Assembly: GCA_951406725.2 (NCBI GenBank)
Contig: OX597835.1
Location: 39,742,001-39,806,000 of the forward strand
Direction of reading: 5' to 3'
DNA: 64,000 bases
From: Octopus vulgaris
Lineage: Eukaryota
Shown: one piece after another, positions 29,321 to 42,535 of the stretch
Layout: each line of letters starts with the position of its first letter
Position numbering within the stretch: the stretch's first letter is position 1
The notes under the pieces: generated by a model
Told to the model about the DNA's origin: nothing
Database searches by the model: none
Seen by the model: the letters and a program-made list of their open reading frames with translations, nothing else
Program-made: the position numbers and the translations under genes

Positions 29321-29760
29321 GGTGACGAGCAGGCAGAACCGTTGGCTCCCTGAACAAAATGCTTCGCGGCACTTCGCCCGTCTTCATGTTCGGAGTCCAA
29401 ATTCTACCGAAGTCTGCATTGCCTTTCATCCATTCGAGGTCGATAAAATAAGTGCCAGTTGAGCACTGGGTCGATTTAATCGACTTACTCCCTCGGTTAA
29501 AATTGCTGGCCTTGTGCCACAATTTGAAACTAGTATTAGGTGTCCTTAAAGCTAAAAGCTGGCAGAATCATTAGCACGCCGGACAAAATGCTTAGCGGCA
29601 TTTTATCTGTCTTCACATTCAGAGTTCAAATTCTGCCGAAGGTGACGTTGCCTTTCATCCATTCGGGGTCGATAAATTAAGTACTAATTGAGTACTGGCG
29701 TCGATTTAATCGAATAGCCCCACCCCCTGCGAAGGCGCTGGCCTTGTGCCAAAATTAGAA
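29321..29760 (+). mobile_element. Two tandem SINE group D copies
   Basis: gcctttcatccattcg(a/g)ggtcgataaa at about 29421 and about 29650, each preceded by a tRNA-like head. Confidence 0.85.
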
Positions 29761-30024
29761 GTCCTTCTTGAAGTTGTGACCACAGTGTCACATCCCAAGA
29801 GATAGCTGCAAAATACTAGTTGAATAAAAGAGAGAGTGAAGCACACACCAGACAGAAGCAAAAATAGGGATTGTGTCCCTCGTCGATAAAAGAAACTACA
29901 GCATGTGATCGACAGCTTCCTCTAAAATATAACAACGTGGCATGATGTTGTTCCGAAAACAATAAACGATATTGTCCTCAGAAATAAGGCTCTCGAATAA
30001 CTGTAGAAAATATTTGTTATTAAA

Positions 30025-30310
30025 TAGGTGCAGGCAAGAAGCTTGCTTCCCAACCACATGGTTCCGGGTTCAGTCTCACTGCGTGGCACCTTGGGCAAGT
30101 GTCTTCTACTATAGCCGACCAAAGCCTTGTGAATGCATTTGGTAGACAGAAACTGAAAGAAGCCCGTCGTGTATATATATGTGTGTGTGTCTGTGTGTCT
30201 TTGTGTTTGTCCCCCCACCATCTCTTGACAACCCATGTTGGTGTGTTTACGTCCCCGAAACTTAGCAGTTGGGCAAAAGACTCCGATTAGAATTGAAGGA
30301 AGCCCGTCGT
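30025..30310 (+). mobile_element. SINE group A, 3'-truncated
   Basis: gcttgcttcccaaccacatggttccgggttcagtc...gtttacgtccccgaaacttagc. Confidence 0.85.
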
Positions 30311-30663
30311 GTAATTTCACATTTATACCTGTAATTATTGGTTTACTCGGTCATGTTTGTAGATGAGTCGTTTTGGAAACCTGAGATGTTTCAAGCAAAG
30401 AAAGTCACCAGCTAACACAATCAATGCAAATATACTTTGTTAGTGAAACAATAAAGATCTGTAAGAGTTTTCTAAAGTCCAATACGTATTCGTTTACCAT
30501 TTTGTCACGTAAAATAAAGTGATGAATCTTTATTAGTAGAATCCAAGTTCTTTACAAGAAGAATACCAAAATAATAAACAGTGTACATAAACACACTTAG
30601 GCATAGATACAAACATGCAAACGCCAACTATCAGTAGCTGTTGGCACTCAACGATGTTTAAAC

Positions 30664-30998
30664 CAGTGGTTCTCAACCGAGGTCCATATGGCTCCTGATT
30701 GTCCATATAAGATTGTGGGGTTCCACACAACCAAATAGTAAACTGGGGATCAACAATAGTATTTTAAGGGCCCTCGAAAAAAATTTGCTTTAGATATATA
30801 TATATTAGTAATATATTAGTACGTATTGCAAAAAATAGCTGGGTTTCTTTCTCTAACGTTTTATATGGTTCAACCATGGCAAGTTGAAAGAAGTTTTAAT
30901 AAAACTAGCTTTTAAATATCACTTGGCTATGGGGGTCCACCAGAATGAAATAATAATCAAAGGGGTTCAAAGGTTTAAAAAGTGATTGAGAGCCCCTG
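30664..30998. mobile_element. hAT (Charlie-like) MITE
   Basis: TIRs cagtggttctcaac / gattgagagcccctg; 8-bp TSD gtttaaac / gtttaaat. Confidence 0.85.
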
Positions 30999-31146
30999 GT
31001 TTAAATGAAGCTCGCAATAACAACTCTGTCAACACTTGGCACGGTGCTGCTGCTGCTGCTGCTGCTGCTGCCTCGTACCCAGACTTCGGGACTGTATCCA
31101 AAAAAGGAGCTTCAATGTCCCTGTAACCTAGATGTTCGTCAAAATT

Positions 31147-31249
31147 TCAGTCCCACTGCGTGGCACCTTGGGCGTCTTCTGCTATAGCCCCGGGCCGACC
31201 AAGGCCTTGTGAGTGGATTTGGTAGATGGAAACTGAAAGAAGCCCCTCG

Positions 31250-31313
<64 letters not shown>

Positions 31314-31530
31314 TGTGTCTGCGTTTGTCCCCCCAACATTGCTTGACAACCGATGATGGTGTGTTTACGTCCTCGTAACTTAGCGGTTCGGCAAAAGAGA
31401 CCGATAGAATAAGTATTAGGCTTACAAAGAATAAGTCCTGGGGTCGATTTGTTCGACTAAAGGCGATGCTCCAGCATGGCCGCAGTGAAATGACTGAAAC
31501 AAGTAAAAGAGTGGAAGAGAGTAAAGAGAG
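31147..31530 (+). mobile_element. SINE group A, 5'-truncated
   Basis: tcagtcccactgcgtggcacc through tgactgaaacaagtaaaagag. Confidence 0.9.
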
Positions 31531-32046
31531 ATAGAAAAACTGCCAGTACTGGGGTCCATTTTTCCCCCTACCCATGTCAAGGTGATGCCCCAGGATGACC
31601 GCAGTCAAACGACTGAAACAAGTAAAAGAGTAAAAGAGTAAAGAGTATATATGCAACAACAACAAAAATACCCCACCCCACCATCAACCCCAACCCCATA
31701 TTGTACTGTTAACAGTAACACAGCAACTGTAACGTAACGTAACTGTTGGATGTGTAAACAGTCACGCTTGAGAGAACCCGCAGGGATTATGGGATTGTCA
31801 CCTTTGTACAATGGGACATTGAAAGAAAAGACCGCGGCCTCGTCAATGAATCTTTGCCAACGTAAGTTTAATCAAACAGCGCATGCAAACAATAATATAA
31901 GTTGTGTTTTATAGATTATGAATATACATACGCACATCCAGCAAAATCTAACATTCGGTATTCGATAAAACTAGAGATGGTCCTCGTTTCACTCAGCTAC
32001 ATATGTGTGTGCAATGGGTTATGTGAGTGTGTGTGTGTGTACTACA

Positions 32047-32084
<38 letters not shown>

Positions 32085-32089
<5 letters not shown>

Positions 32090-32305
32090 CGTCTGACCAT
32101 TGTCCGAAGTCAGAACGCCATGATAGATCGTTAGCTACTACACGCATTTTTTCTCTCCTTGTTTTTTTCTGTGTATCTTTCTGTCGAAGAGCGTAGGCTC
32201 AAAACGTAAAAGACTTTTTCTATTCCTGAGCGTTATACTAATACATTTGTTTGTTTGTACTCCACCTGCCTTCGTCTTTTGTTTATTTTCGTAAACTTTC
32301 CCTTT
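32085..32305 (+). mobile_element. Hammerhead-bearing short repeat (Penelope-like)
   Basis: TCTTT-CTGTCGA-A-GAGC gtag GCTC-AAAAC-GTA-AAAGA at 32176-32213, flanked by (TA)n on both sides. Confidence 0.65.
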
Positions 32306-32411
32306 ATTTATATATATATATATATATATATAATTAGGGCTTAGTAAAATAAATTACTTTGCCACATACTGAACTTAGTATATATATATATAGTATATAT
32401 ATATATATATT

Positions 32412-32605
32412 ATTTGTTTCAGTCATTTGACTGCAACCGTGCTGGAATACCGCCTTTAGTCGAGCAAATCGACCCCAGGACTTATTCTTTGTAAGCCTAG
32501 TACTTATTCTATCGGTCTCTCTTGCTGAACCGCTAAGTTACGGGGGCGTAAACACACCAGCATCGGTTGTCAAGCGAGGTTGGGGGGGAACAAACAGACA
32601 CACCA
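32412..32605 (-). mobile_element. SINE group A, 3' half
   Basis: ttgtttcagtcatttgactgc...cttattctttgtaagcctagtacttattctatcggtc. Confidence 0.85.
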
Positions 32606-32629
32606 ACATATACATATATATATATATAC

Positions 32630-32668
<39 letters not shown>

Positions 32669-32690
32669 CACACACACATACATATATATA

Positions 32691-32751
<61 letters not shown>

Positions 32752-33020
32752 GTGGTATTTTTTAATGATTGAACTCGAAGGAAAGTTGTCTTCTTCGAGT
32801 CCAATTATTTTTTAAAATTATTTCACGTTCCCTCGATGTTTCTAATTTCACATGACGTAAACAAAACACACACACATGCATGCACGCTGAACTCAATATC
32901 CATTTATCATGTTCTCCTACACATGCGTTTTGCCTGTGCTTGAACGTTAAGTTAACGCTTTGGCAAAACCTTTTATACTTATCTTCCTTTGGTATACTAA
33001 TACTTCGGATAGGCATATTT

Positions 33021-33332
33021 AGGCGCAGACGTGGCTGGGTGGTAAGAAACATGCCTCTGGGTTCAGTCACACTGCGTGGCTCCTTGGCTTAAGCCCCGGG
33101 CTGACCAAAGCTTTGTGAGTGGATTTGGTAGACGGAAACTGAAAGACGCCTGTTGTACGTGTATACGTGTGTGTGTGTGTGTGTGTGTGTGTGAGCCTCT
33201 GTGTGTGTGTGTATGTGTGTGTGTGTGTGTGTGTGTGTCTGTATCTGTGTCTGTGTGAGTCATTCGACTAAAAACACTTCAAGGCGGTACCTCAGCATGG
33301 CCGAATTCCAATGAGTGAAACAAGTAAAAAAC
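33021..33332 (+). mobile_element. SINE group A, internally deleted
   Basis: aggcgcagacgtggctgggtgg...ggtagacggaaactgaaaga-(TG)n-cgactaaaa...gaaacaagtaaaa. Confidence 0.8.
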
Positions 33333-33665
<333 letters not shown>

Positions 33666-34221
33666 AATAGATTGATAGGTATGCTTAAGTAAACGCGGAC
33701 ACACACATACGCACATGATATATAAACACAATTTGGCTATGTTTGTCTTATTCACATACACACGCAGTTGATTATGTGTGTATATGCTTTTAAGTGTATG
33801 TGAATACATGCACATAAATTTGCATACAAATGCAAATTCAAATTCATGTACAAACAGACGCACGTACACAAACGGAGGCAACCGACACCGAGGGGGCGGG
33901 GGAATGTCGAAACGTCGGTTATTGTTATTGTTATTTTGTTTAATACTTATTTGAATGCAGTAACAACATTTTTCACAAAATTTAATTACTACTAAATGTG
34001 ATAATGAATGTCGTTAATTAACAGGAAGAATATTTTCAACGATGGCAACATTTACAGTTTCAGGAAATCAATGAAAAATTTTAAGGAAATCAATGAACAT
34101 TTATGAAATTCTGTTTCGACAATAATAATATCATTAATAATAATAATAATAATAATAATCATTATCATTACTATTATTGTTATTTTTATCTTTATTATTA
34201 TTATTATTACTATTATTGTTC

Positions 34222-34286
<65 letters not shown>

Positions 34287-34628
34287 GAATGTTTATCTCA
34301 AATAAACGGTGAAATATATTCAATATTTAAAGTCGAAGTGTACTATACTAACAGGCGTCGACGTGGTTCTATGGATGAGAAACGTGTTTCCCAAACATGA
34401 AAATCATGGGTTCAGTCCCACTTTGCAACGCCAAGAGTAAGCGTCTTCTCTTTTAGCCCTGACCTGACCTGACCAAAGCGTTGCGAGTGGATTTGGCAGG
34501 CGGAAACTGAAAGAAGCCCGTCATGTGTGTATACATATTTTGTGTGTGTGTTTGTGTGTTTCTGTCTGTGTGTATATATATGTATGTATGCGTACACATT
34601 TACATATATGTATATATATATATATATA

Positions 34629-34915
34629 TCTCTTATTATAAAAGGCAGATTTTATCTGCCTCCCTTTGGGAGTTATACAAATCTACAATATAGGATTTCT
34701 TCAATTACAATTTACCTAGCAGTTTTAAGAGTACAATGCATCGCGTCATGCCAGGTCCAGTTTTTAAAATTTAAACTCCAATTAAGCAAAATTTACAGAA
34801 AACTCACATTCTGGTGTGTGTGTCAAATGCTTTTCTTAGTCTGGTTTACACCACACGCAAACGCACACACACAGTGTGCTACGAATAAAGTGAAACTAAT
34901 TCAGTGTGTTGACAG
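34629..34915 (+). mobile_element. Probable Helitron 5' fragment
   Basis: Starts A|TCTCTTATTATAAAAG, a Helitron-like 5' end; no CTAG terminus found. Confidence 0.4.
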
Positions 34916-35664
34916 GTAGACAATAGAATGCGATGACGACTATGACGCTGATAGATACATGAGTAAAATGTATGGGAAGCTAACACATAAGAGTGAGTGA
35001 AAATGTTCTTGGAAGAGAGTAAATAGCCAGAGAGTAATAAAGTAAACATACACTCATACATACATACATACATACATACATACATACATACATACATACA
35101 TACATACATACATACACACACATACATACATACATACACACATACATACATACATATACATACATACATACATATACATACATACATACACACACACACA
35201 CATACACACACACACAGTATTGAAGCTTGAGAACAATCAGATACATTTGCAACACATCTGTTGAAAATATTATTGTTCAAACACATACATATACATATAT
35301 ACATACAGACAGACAGACAGATAGACACACACACACACACACACATGATCCAGCATGGCCACAACCTCAAGGCTGAAACGTATAAAACAATAACAGAATA
35401 TAAATGTGTGCATGTGTGTGAGAGAGAGAGTGTGTGTGTATATGTATGTATGTATGTATGTATGTATATATATATAATAATGCGGTTTTTTCAACAGCTT
35501 GAACTAAATGTCAGAGGGGAATGGGATAAACTACTTATATTAACTTGCTATTCAGCAAATTGGGTCAATGGGTTCCTCACGAACTTTCCGAGTCTAATTG
35601 CATGCAGAGAGTGAATGTATGCTTTTCTTTGCTGTCACATCTCACCACTACTGCGCTATGTATA

Positions 35665-36301
35665 TCTATATATATAAAACTGTAGTTGTGTGAGTGTCTG
35701 TCCCCTTCGATTTAGATTCCTAACTACTCCCACATTTTGCGGTGCAGTTTAACCAAATTCGGGTAGCTTATAGTCGTGATTCATATCGAGCCCGTCTGAC
35801 TATTAGCGCGCGTCAACGATGAGTCTACGATTTTAAAAATAATTTAACATCATTTTTTATTCCATTTTAATGCATAATTTTTCGTGTGTCGATGGCGGCG
35901 GAGTTGGCGTCCACGCTCACACCTGCACCTGTGGGGAAGGGAGTGTAAGGAAATCAACGTCGTAATGCGTTGTCAAGGAGACCAGCGTTCTTTTAGAACA
36001 ACGACTTCATGGCTTGAAGACACCAAAACAGAAATGGCTAAGAAAGCGTCTACATGAGTCTACGATTTAAAAAAAAATTTACCATCGTTTTTTTTCCATT
36101 TTAATGCATTTTTTCGCTATTATATAAGGGAAGTAACTCTCTAAAAATGTCTACGATGAGTCAACGATTTAAAAAAAAATTTACCATCATATTTTTTCCA
36201 TTTTTAATGCATTTTTTGCTATTTTTTGGCTACAACTCTCTAAAAATGCTTATATAGTTATTTCCCTTACAAACCCGAGCAACGCCGGGCGATACTGCTA
36301 G
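35665..36301 (+). mobile_element. Non-autonomous Helitron, complete (637 bp)
   Basis: 5' A|TCTATATATATAAAA; subterminal hairpin cccg-agcaacgc-cggg (36274-36289); 3' CTAG|T; no TSD. Confidence 0.85.
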
Positions 36302-36391
36302 TATATATATATATATATACCTACATATATATATACTCTTTTACTCTTTTACTTGTTTCAGTCATTTGACTGCGGCCATGCTGGAGCACCG

Positions 36392-36461
<70 letters not shown>

Positions 36462-36782
36462 TATGCATATGTATATATATGTATATATATATATATATAT
36501 ATATACATATATACATAAATATATATCTATACATATATATATATGTGTGTGTGTATACTTATATTTATACATATTAGATTTATATAGGTATAGATACATA
36601 CATATATGCATACATGCATATTTACATGCATACATACATACATGCATACATGCATACATACATACATGCATACATACATGCATACATACATACATACATG
36701 CATACATGCATACATACATACATACATGCATACATACATACATACATACATACATACATACATACATACATACATACATACA

Positions 36783-36814
<32 letters not shown>

Positions 36815-37149
36815 AAAGACATACTGAGAAGGCGACTAAGCCGATTGATATATAAATCATGAGAACTAATACCAAGCAGATAATTTGAGCACTAAACTGA
36901 TACATATCAAGATGTACTGAGCAGAAGTCTGGTATAGATCAAATATAACGAAGAAATGACTGATATAGATCACATGTATTGATGTGATAACTGATACAGA
37001 CATAATGACCAGACGACTGGCATGGAACGCGAGTTTTGAACAGATTGTGTATATATAAAGCTTTGATAGTGTCAAAAACCTCTTGTTTCTAATTAGTTAA
37101 ATCATTAACGTAAACCTTTCGTTCAAAGTTTTCCTTTGTCGTGAAACAC

Positions 37150-37770
37150 CAGGCATTACGAAAAAGGACTTCTTTCAAGCAATTGTCATCTCTTGTTCTG
37201 TGGTTACCTCAAAACTGGAAAGAAGGTTTGGGATGGATTCTACACTCGCATGCTAAGAGTGACTTTCAAAGTCACCCGGAGAGATCATCTCACCAATGAA
37301 CGATTGTATAGGAACGTTTGTCCAGCATCAAACATCATCAAAGAGCATAGAGTCAGATTCACATGGCATTCTTAAGAGAGCTAAAGACGAAATTGTCATT
37401 GAAGTTCTTTTGTGGGACCCTATACAAGGAAGAGCTAGCAGGGGACGATAAGCAAAGACTTATATCAAGCAGATTGTAATGACATGAACTGAATGGTTAG
37501 AGGGAGCGAGCTGGCCGAATCGTTAGCGCGCTGGACGAAATGCTTAGCGGTATTTCGTCTGCTGCTACGTTCTGAGTTCAAATTCCACCGAGGTCGACTT
37601 CGCTTTTCATCCTTTCGGGGTCGACTAAATAAGTACCAGTTACTGGGGTCAATATAATGGACTTAATCCGTTTGTCTGTCCTTGTTTGTCCCCTTTGTGT
37701 TTAGCCCCTTGTGTGTAGTAAAGAAATAGGTTAGAGGGAGCCACAGGACTCCGTGCAAGCAATACGTCCT
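37150..37770 (+). mobile_element. RTE-clade LINE 3' remnant, interrupted by SINE D
   Basis: DGFYTRMLRV...DHLTNERLY...RVRF..H and EVLLWDP...RGR*AKTYIKQ, with frameshifts. Confidence 0.8.
37507..37728 (+). mobile_element. SINE group D, full length, with perfect 12-bp TSD
   Basis: TSD ggttagagggag at 37495-37506 and 37729-37740. Confidence 0.92.
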
Positions 37771-37774
37771 TATC

Positions 37775-38600
37775 AACTTCTTTCTAGTTTTCCTTCCATT
37801 TTCTCAAAAATAATTTTCGCAACACCATTAGTTTTTCGTTGTTGTTTGTTCCTTCTCGAGCCATGCCTGGCTCATTAGGGCCGGTTTCCCGGTTTTTTGG
37901 CGTATAGGTTCCCCACCTGGACGAGACGCCGGTCCGTCGCAGAGGAGCTGCAAGATGCAGGAGGAAAGAGTGAGAGAAAGTTGTGGCGAAAGAGTCAGCA
38001 GAAGTTCGCCATTACCTTCTGCCGGAGCCGCGTGGAACTTAGGTATTTCGCTCATAAACACACACACCGCCCGGTCTGAGATTAGAACCCGCGATCCCTC
38101 GACCGCGAGTCCGCTGCTGTAACCACTAGGCCATGTGCCTCCACCAACACCATTAGTTACCCTTCCAATATGCCCAATATGCCGTTGTTGCAGTTGGAAC
38201 AGCATGTCAAATAACGATTTACTTCCATCAAATTCTTACAAAATTGATTTGTTGTTTGCGTATTTCTGTCTAAGAAATTCTCAACGTTTTACTCCAGCAC
38301 CGCAGTTCAAAAGCTTCGATTCTTTTCCGAACAGTTTTATTAATTATCCAAGTTTCTGCTCCATAGGTGATAACTGGAAAAATCAAAGCTTTGATTAATC
38401 TTTCCTTCGTTTATTTTGAAATATTCCGCTACTTCCAAATCGCGTTTTATTTTGGTTATCACAGATGTAGCCATTGCCGTTCTTTATATTTCCTTTGTGT
38501 AGTAATCGACCTTAGTAGAGATAGTAGCTACAAGAAAATTAAATTATTTTACAATTTCTGATGCTATTACCCCATTATGTATGGTAACATTGTCCGTGTT
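37775..38600 (-). mobile_element. BovB/RTE-like LINE RT C-terminal remnant, interrupted by SINE C
   Basis: Manual translation RLIKALIFPVITYGAETWIINKTVRKRIEAFELRCWSKTLRIS and QRHIGHIGR; this reading is not listed in the ORF track. Confidence 0.85.
37834..38144 (-). mobile_element. SINE group C, full length, with perfect 14-bp TSD
   Basis: TSD caacaccattagtt at 37820-37833 and 38145-38158; homologous to 2054-2357. Confidence 0.92.
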
Positions 38601-38759
38601 TTCATTCTGGGTATTCGGATATTATATGTCTCAGGGGAGTTAAAACTCTTTCACAGACACACAGACACACACATACGTACATATATTTATGTATATATGT
38701 ATATATTATGTATGTGAATATGTGTATGTATCTACTTACTTATATGCGTTGACCTTGGT

Positions 38760-39082
38760 GAAGTCATGTGGCCTAGTGGTCAAGATATTGTCCTCATGAG
38801 CAAAAGATCGCGATTTCGATTCCCAGACTGGGTGATTCGTTGTGTTCTTGAGCAAAAGACCTGCGGCAGTCTGGCGACGCGTTCAGGGCTGCAGTATTGT
38901 TCTCACGTCTGCCGTTACGTTCTGAGTTCAAATTCCGCTGAGGTCGACTTTGCTTTTCATCCTTTCGGGGTCGATTAAATAAGTACCAGTTACGCACTGG
39001 GGTTGATATAATCGACTTAATTCGTTTGTCTTTCCTTGTTTGTCCTCTCTGAGTTTAGCCCCTTGTGGGTAGTAAAGAAATA
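38760..39082 (+). mobile_element. SINE B head followed by SINE D body
   Basis: tgtggcctagtggt...ttgtgttcttgagcaa, then gttacgttctgagttcaaattcc...gtaaagaaata. Confidence 0.8.
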
Positions 39083-39330
39083 GGTCTCAGTCACTAATAC
39101 ACCATGGAAATAAGGTAACAGGGCCCTCTGAGCCCTAGGGCTTTATTGAATACTTAGTTATAGACCTTGATTACGGATCCTTGTTTCTGGCAAAAATCTA
39201 TCTAGTTGAAAGGTGATTGCTGGTACTTAGACCATGTAGCTGTGGAAACTAAATCCATATACGTCATGCAGATTACACCTGGCATGTTTCTCATTAAATA
39301 TATTAAAATCTGATTTATTATCAGCATATA

Positions 39331-39492
39331 GGCGCAGGAGTGGCTGTGTGGTAAGTAGCTTGCTTACCAACCACATGGTTCCGGGTTCAGTCCCACTGCG
39401 TGGCATCTTGGGCAAGTGTCTTCTGCTATAGCTCCGGGCCGATCAATGCCTTGTGAGTGGATTTGGTAGACGGAAACTGAGAGAAGCCTGTC

Positions 39493-39554
<62 letters not shown>

Positions 39555-39752
39555 GTGTGTGTGTGTATATGTTTGTGTGTCTGTGTTTGTCCCCCTAGCA
39601 TTGCTTGACAACCGATGCTGGTGTGTTTACGTCCCGTCACTTAGCGGTTAGGCGAAAGAGAACGATAGAATAAGTATTGGGCTTACAAAGAATAAGTCCC
39701 GAGGTCGAGTTGCTCGACTAAAAGCGGTGCTCCAGCATGGACGCAGTCAAAT
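39331..39752 (+). mobile_element. SINE group A, near full length, young
   Basis: ggcgcaggagtggctgtgtggtaag...gcggtgctccagcatgg. Confidence 0.92.
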
Positions 39753-39994
39753 ATCCAGATGTCTGATGCATGCCTTGATGCTCTGCTTCTACACAGTAAA
39801 CACCAGATGTATAGACCCACTTACACCTTTCATAAACAACTTTAATAAAGTATAAATGAGTGTAATAACATATTTAAGTATCGACTGTTAATTGCTTAAT
39901 TTACACGTTGGTCAGTAAGAGATTTTACGGAAGCCAAACGGAAATTTAGCGGAAACAACTGAAATTTTTCAATAAAACTCAAAATACTATCAGC

Positions 39995-41040
39995 TTTCCT
40001 ATGATGCTCCTGGATACATCGTGAGTAACGTTTGCTGGCTGTGAGTCTTTCAACATCGGACAGACGCAGCCGGTCGGCTCGCTCGTGGTTGATCAACTCC
40101 GGCTTGTGTCAAGTTAGTACACTCAGGACCCAAAGCTTCTGATGTTTCCTGGAGTCATTTACTGGCTGTGAGTCTTTCAACATCGGAAAGACGCAGCCAG
40201 GCGGCTCACTCGGGGTTTATCAACCCCCGGCTTCTTTCCAAGTAGCTCAATTCCTGGTGGCACTGTGGATCAAACCTCTTAATCTACAGTCATCTTAGAG
40301 CAACCTTTGTTCTCTCCAACAGCCAACCCAATGACCTTTTGCCTAGAGGCCCCTGCGATGCCCGTCATGTTGCAAACTCTACAGAAGAGCTGACCTAAGA
40401 AAAACCTCTGCATCCCACCTCGATGAGATCCCACTTTGTTTGCCACCCTTTGCTTTGACATAACTCCATCTGTTCAGCACATTTCTTCTTGCATTCACTG
40501 GTTTCCTCAACGCAAGCTTGAGAGGTGGTTCGATGGAACTTACACTCGCCTCCTTATGAGAGCTCAAAATCTCTCGTGGAAGCATCATCCAACCAAAATG
40601 CAAATATATGGGAAACTACCACCTGTGTCATCTATTGTGAAAGGTAAGAGAGTCCAGTTTGCTGGACATTGTTGTAGAGCTGAAAACGAGGTAATTTCTA
40701 CTCTTCTCCTCTGGAAGCCATCTGCTCACGATACCAGAGGACGCACACTCTCCTACCCTGATGTAATCTCCAGGGATACAGGCATCCAGCAACAGGACCT
40801 CCGTAATGCTATGATGGATCGTGAAGTCTGGCGTAGCATGGTAAATTCCATTGTCTCGACAACGGTCGAACAATGATGTTGATGATGATCTCCCAGACAA
40901 CGGACAGTTCTAACAGAAACCGCATGCTTGAGTGAGTCAGAGATCAGCGCCCAATCCATCTTTAGTGATATTGGAGCGACAGTGTCATGACAACTGATTC
41001 ACCAAGTCGACATTCGTGAACAGGTGCAACAAAATTGCTG
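39995..41040 (-). mobile_element. HERO-like (R2-superfamily) non-LTR retrotransposon 3' remnant with REL endonuclease motifs
   Basis: Manual translation with frameshifts: VDLVNQL..SLKMDWALISDSLKHAV/LLELSVVWE [RTE insert] ETSECKKK..LCQSKGWQTKWDLIEVGCRGF..R*L*IKR, followed by a duplicated 3' UTR. Confidence 0.75.
40505..40890 (+). mobile_element. RTE-clade LINE 3' end inserted in the HERO-like remnant
   Basis: DGTYTRLLMRAQNLSWKHHPT...RVQFAGHC...LLLWKP...AMMDREVWR, then stop and a (tga)n tail. Confidence 0.88.
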
Positions 41041-41598
41041 GGATGAATGACGTAAAATAAAGCATTAAATACCCGCTAGTTAATTACTAAATATACTCAC
41101 TCGCCATTGGGGAATTTTTACAGAAGCCAAACAAGAATTTCTCGGAAACAACTGAAATTTGATAAAACACAAACACCTCCAAGACATTGTATGTAAAACT
41201 TATGCACTTATACACATATCCAGCCTCTACAATTACCAATAAAATACTACAGGGGACGTTAAATTCTCTGGTGGTTTATCAAAATCCCGTCATAAACGGA
41301 GTGTATATTATAAAATACTTTATTTCCTCATTCAAATATTTTAAGAAGTTTTTTTTCGATAAAATTTTAAAGAAATTCTAAATAAAATTTTACCCTCGTG
41401 AATTTTAATTATTCAGTATTTTTCCTAATTAGATAATTAATGGCTTACTTTTAATTTAGATTAAATTCATGTGGATAATTATGTATAATTATACAGTTAT
41501 ATATAGCGTACAAATAGTCCATGTCAATTTTCTGTTTTGTTAATCGAAGTATTTAAATATACCGCATACATACACACACACATTTGTGTGTATGTATG

Positions 41599-41649
<51 letters not shown>

Positions 41650-41684
41650 CATACATACATACATACATACATACATACATACAC

Positions 41685-41738
<54 letters not shown>

Positions 41739-41857
41739 TTATTTATATATATACACACATATATATATATGCATATATATGTATATATATATAAATATTT
41801 ATACATTTATATATGTAAGTACACATTTTATATATATACATATACATATAAGTACAC

Positions 41858-41900
<43 letters not shown>

Positions 41901-42066
41901 GTATAAAACATACATACATGCTTAAATACATATTATATTGGAGTAGCGGATACCACATTGTCACTGTCGTTAGAAAAGAAACGCCATTGATTGATACATG
42001 GAAACCTGTAACTAACGAAGCCATTATTCACATAATATTAATACACACACATACACACCCACACAC

Positions 42067-42126
<60 letters not shown>

Positions 42127-42235
42127 CTGTATCTCGGGAGGAGCATTATGCCAATAACACATGCACTGTATCTATTTCACAGTTCTTATTAATTTTACGA
42201 ATTAATTAAGCGACAGATTGATTAGTAATTCGGTC

Positions 42236-42275
<40 letters not shown>

Positions 42276-42476
42276 TACACATACACACATGATTTTTTTT
42301 ATTAAAGCTGCAAAATTATATCACAGAACTGTTATTCAGTGTCGTGTTTCTGTTCGTGGGAGAGTTGTGATAGAAGACTCTACTTCTATTACTCTACCTT
42401 TGGTAGTCGAGTACTAATTTTTCCACCTGAATATGAAACTTATGTGCTCACCTGTGTGTGTGTGTGTATACGCACG

Positions 42477-42535
<59 letters not shown>

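Noticed and set aside
33880-33920. gtcgaaacgtcggtt as a hammerhead
   Set aside because: No CUGAnGA upstream; only a short aaccgac/gtcggtt stem.
39331-39410. tRNA gene call for SINE heads
   Set aside because: A/B-box-like heads continue into SINE bodies in many copies, and no complete cloverleaf is evident.
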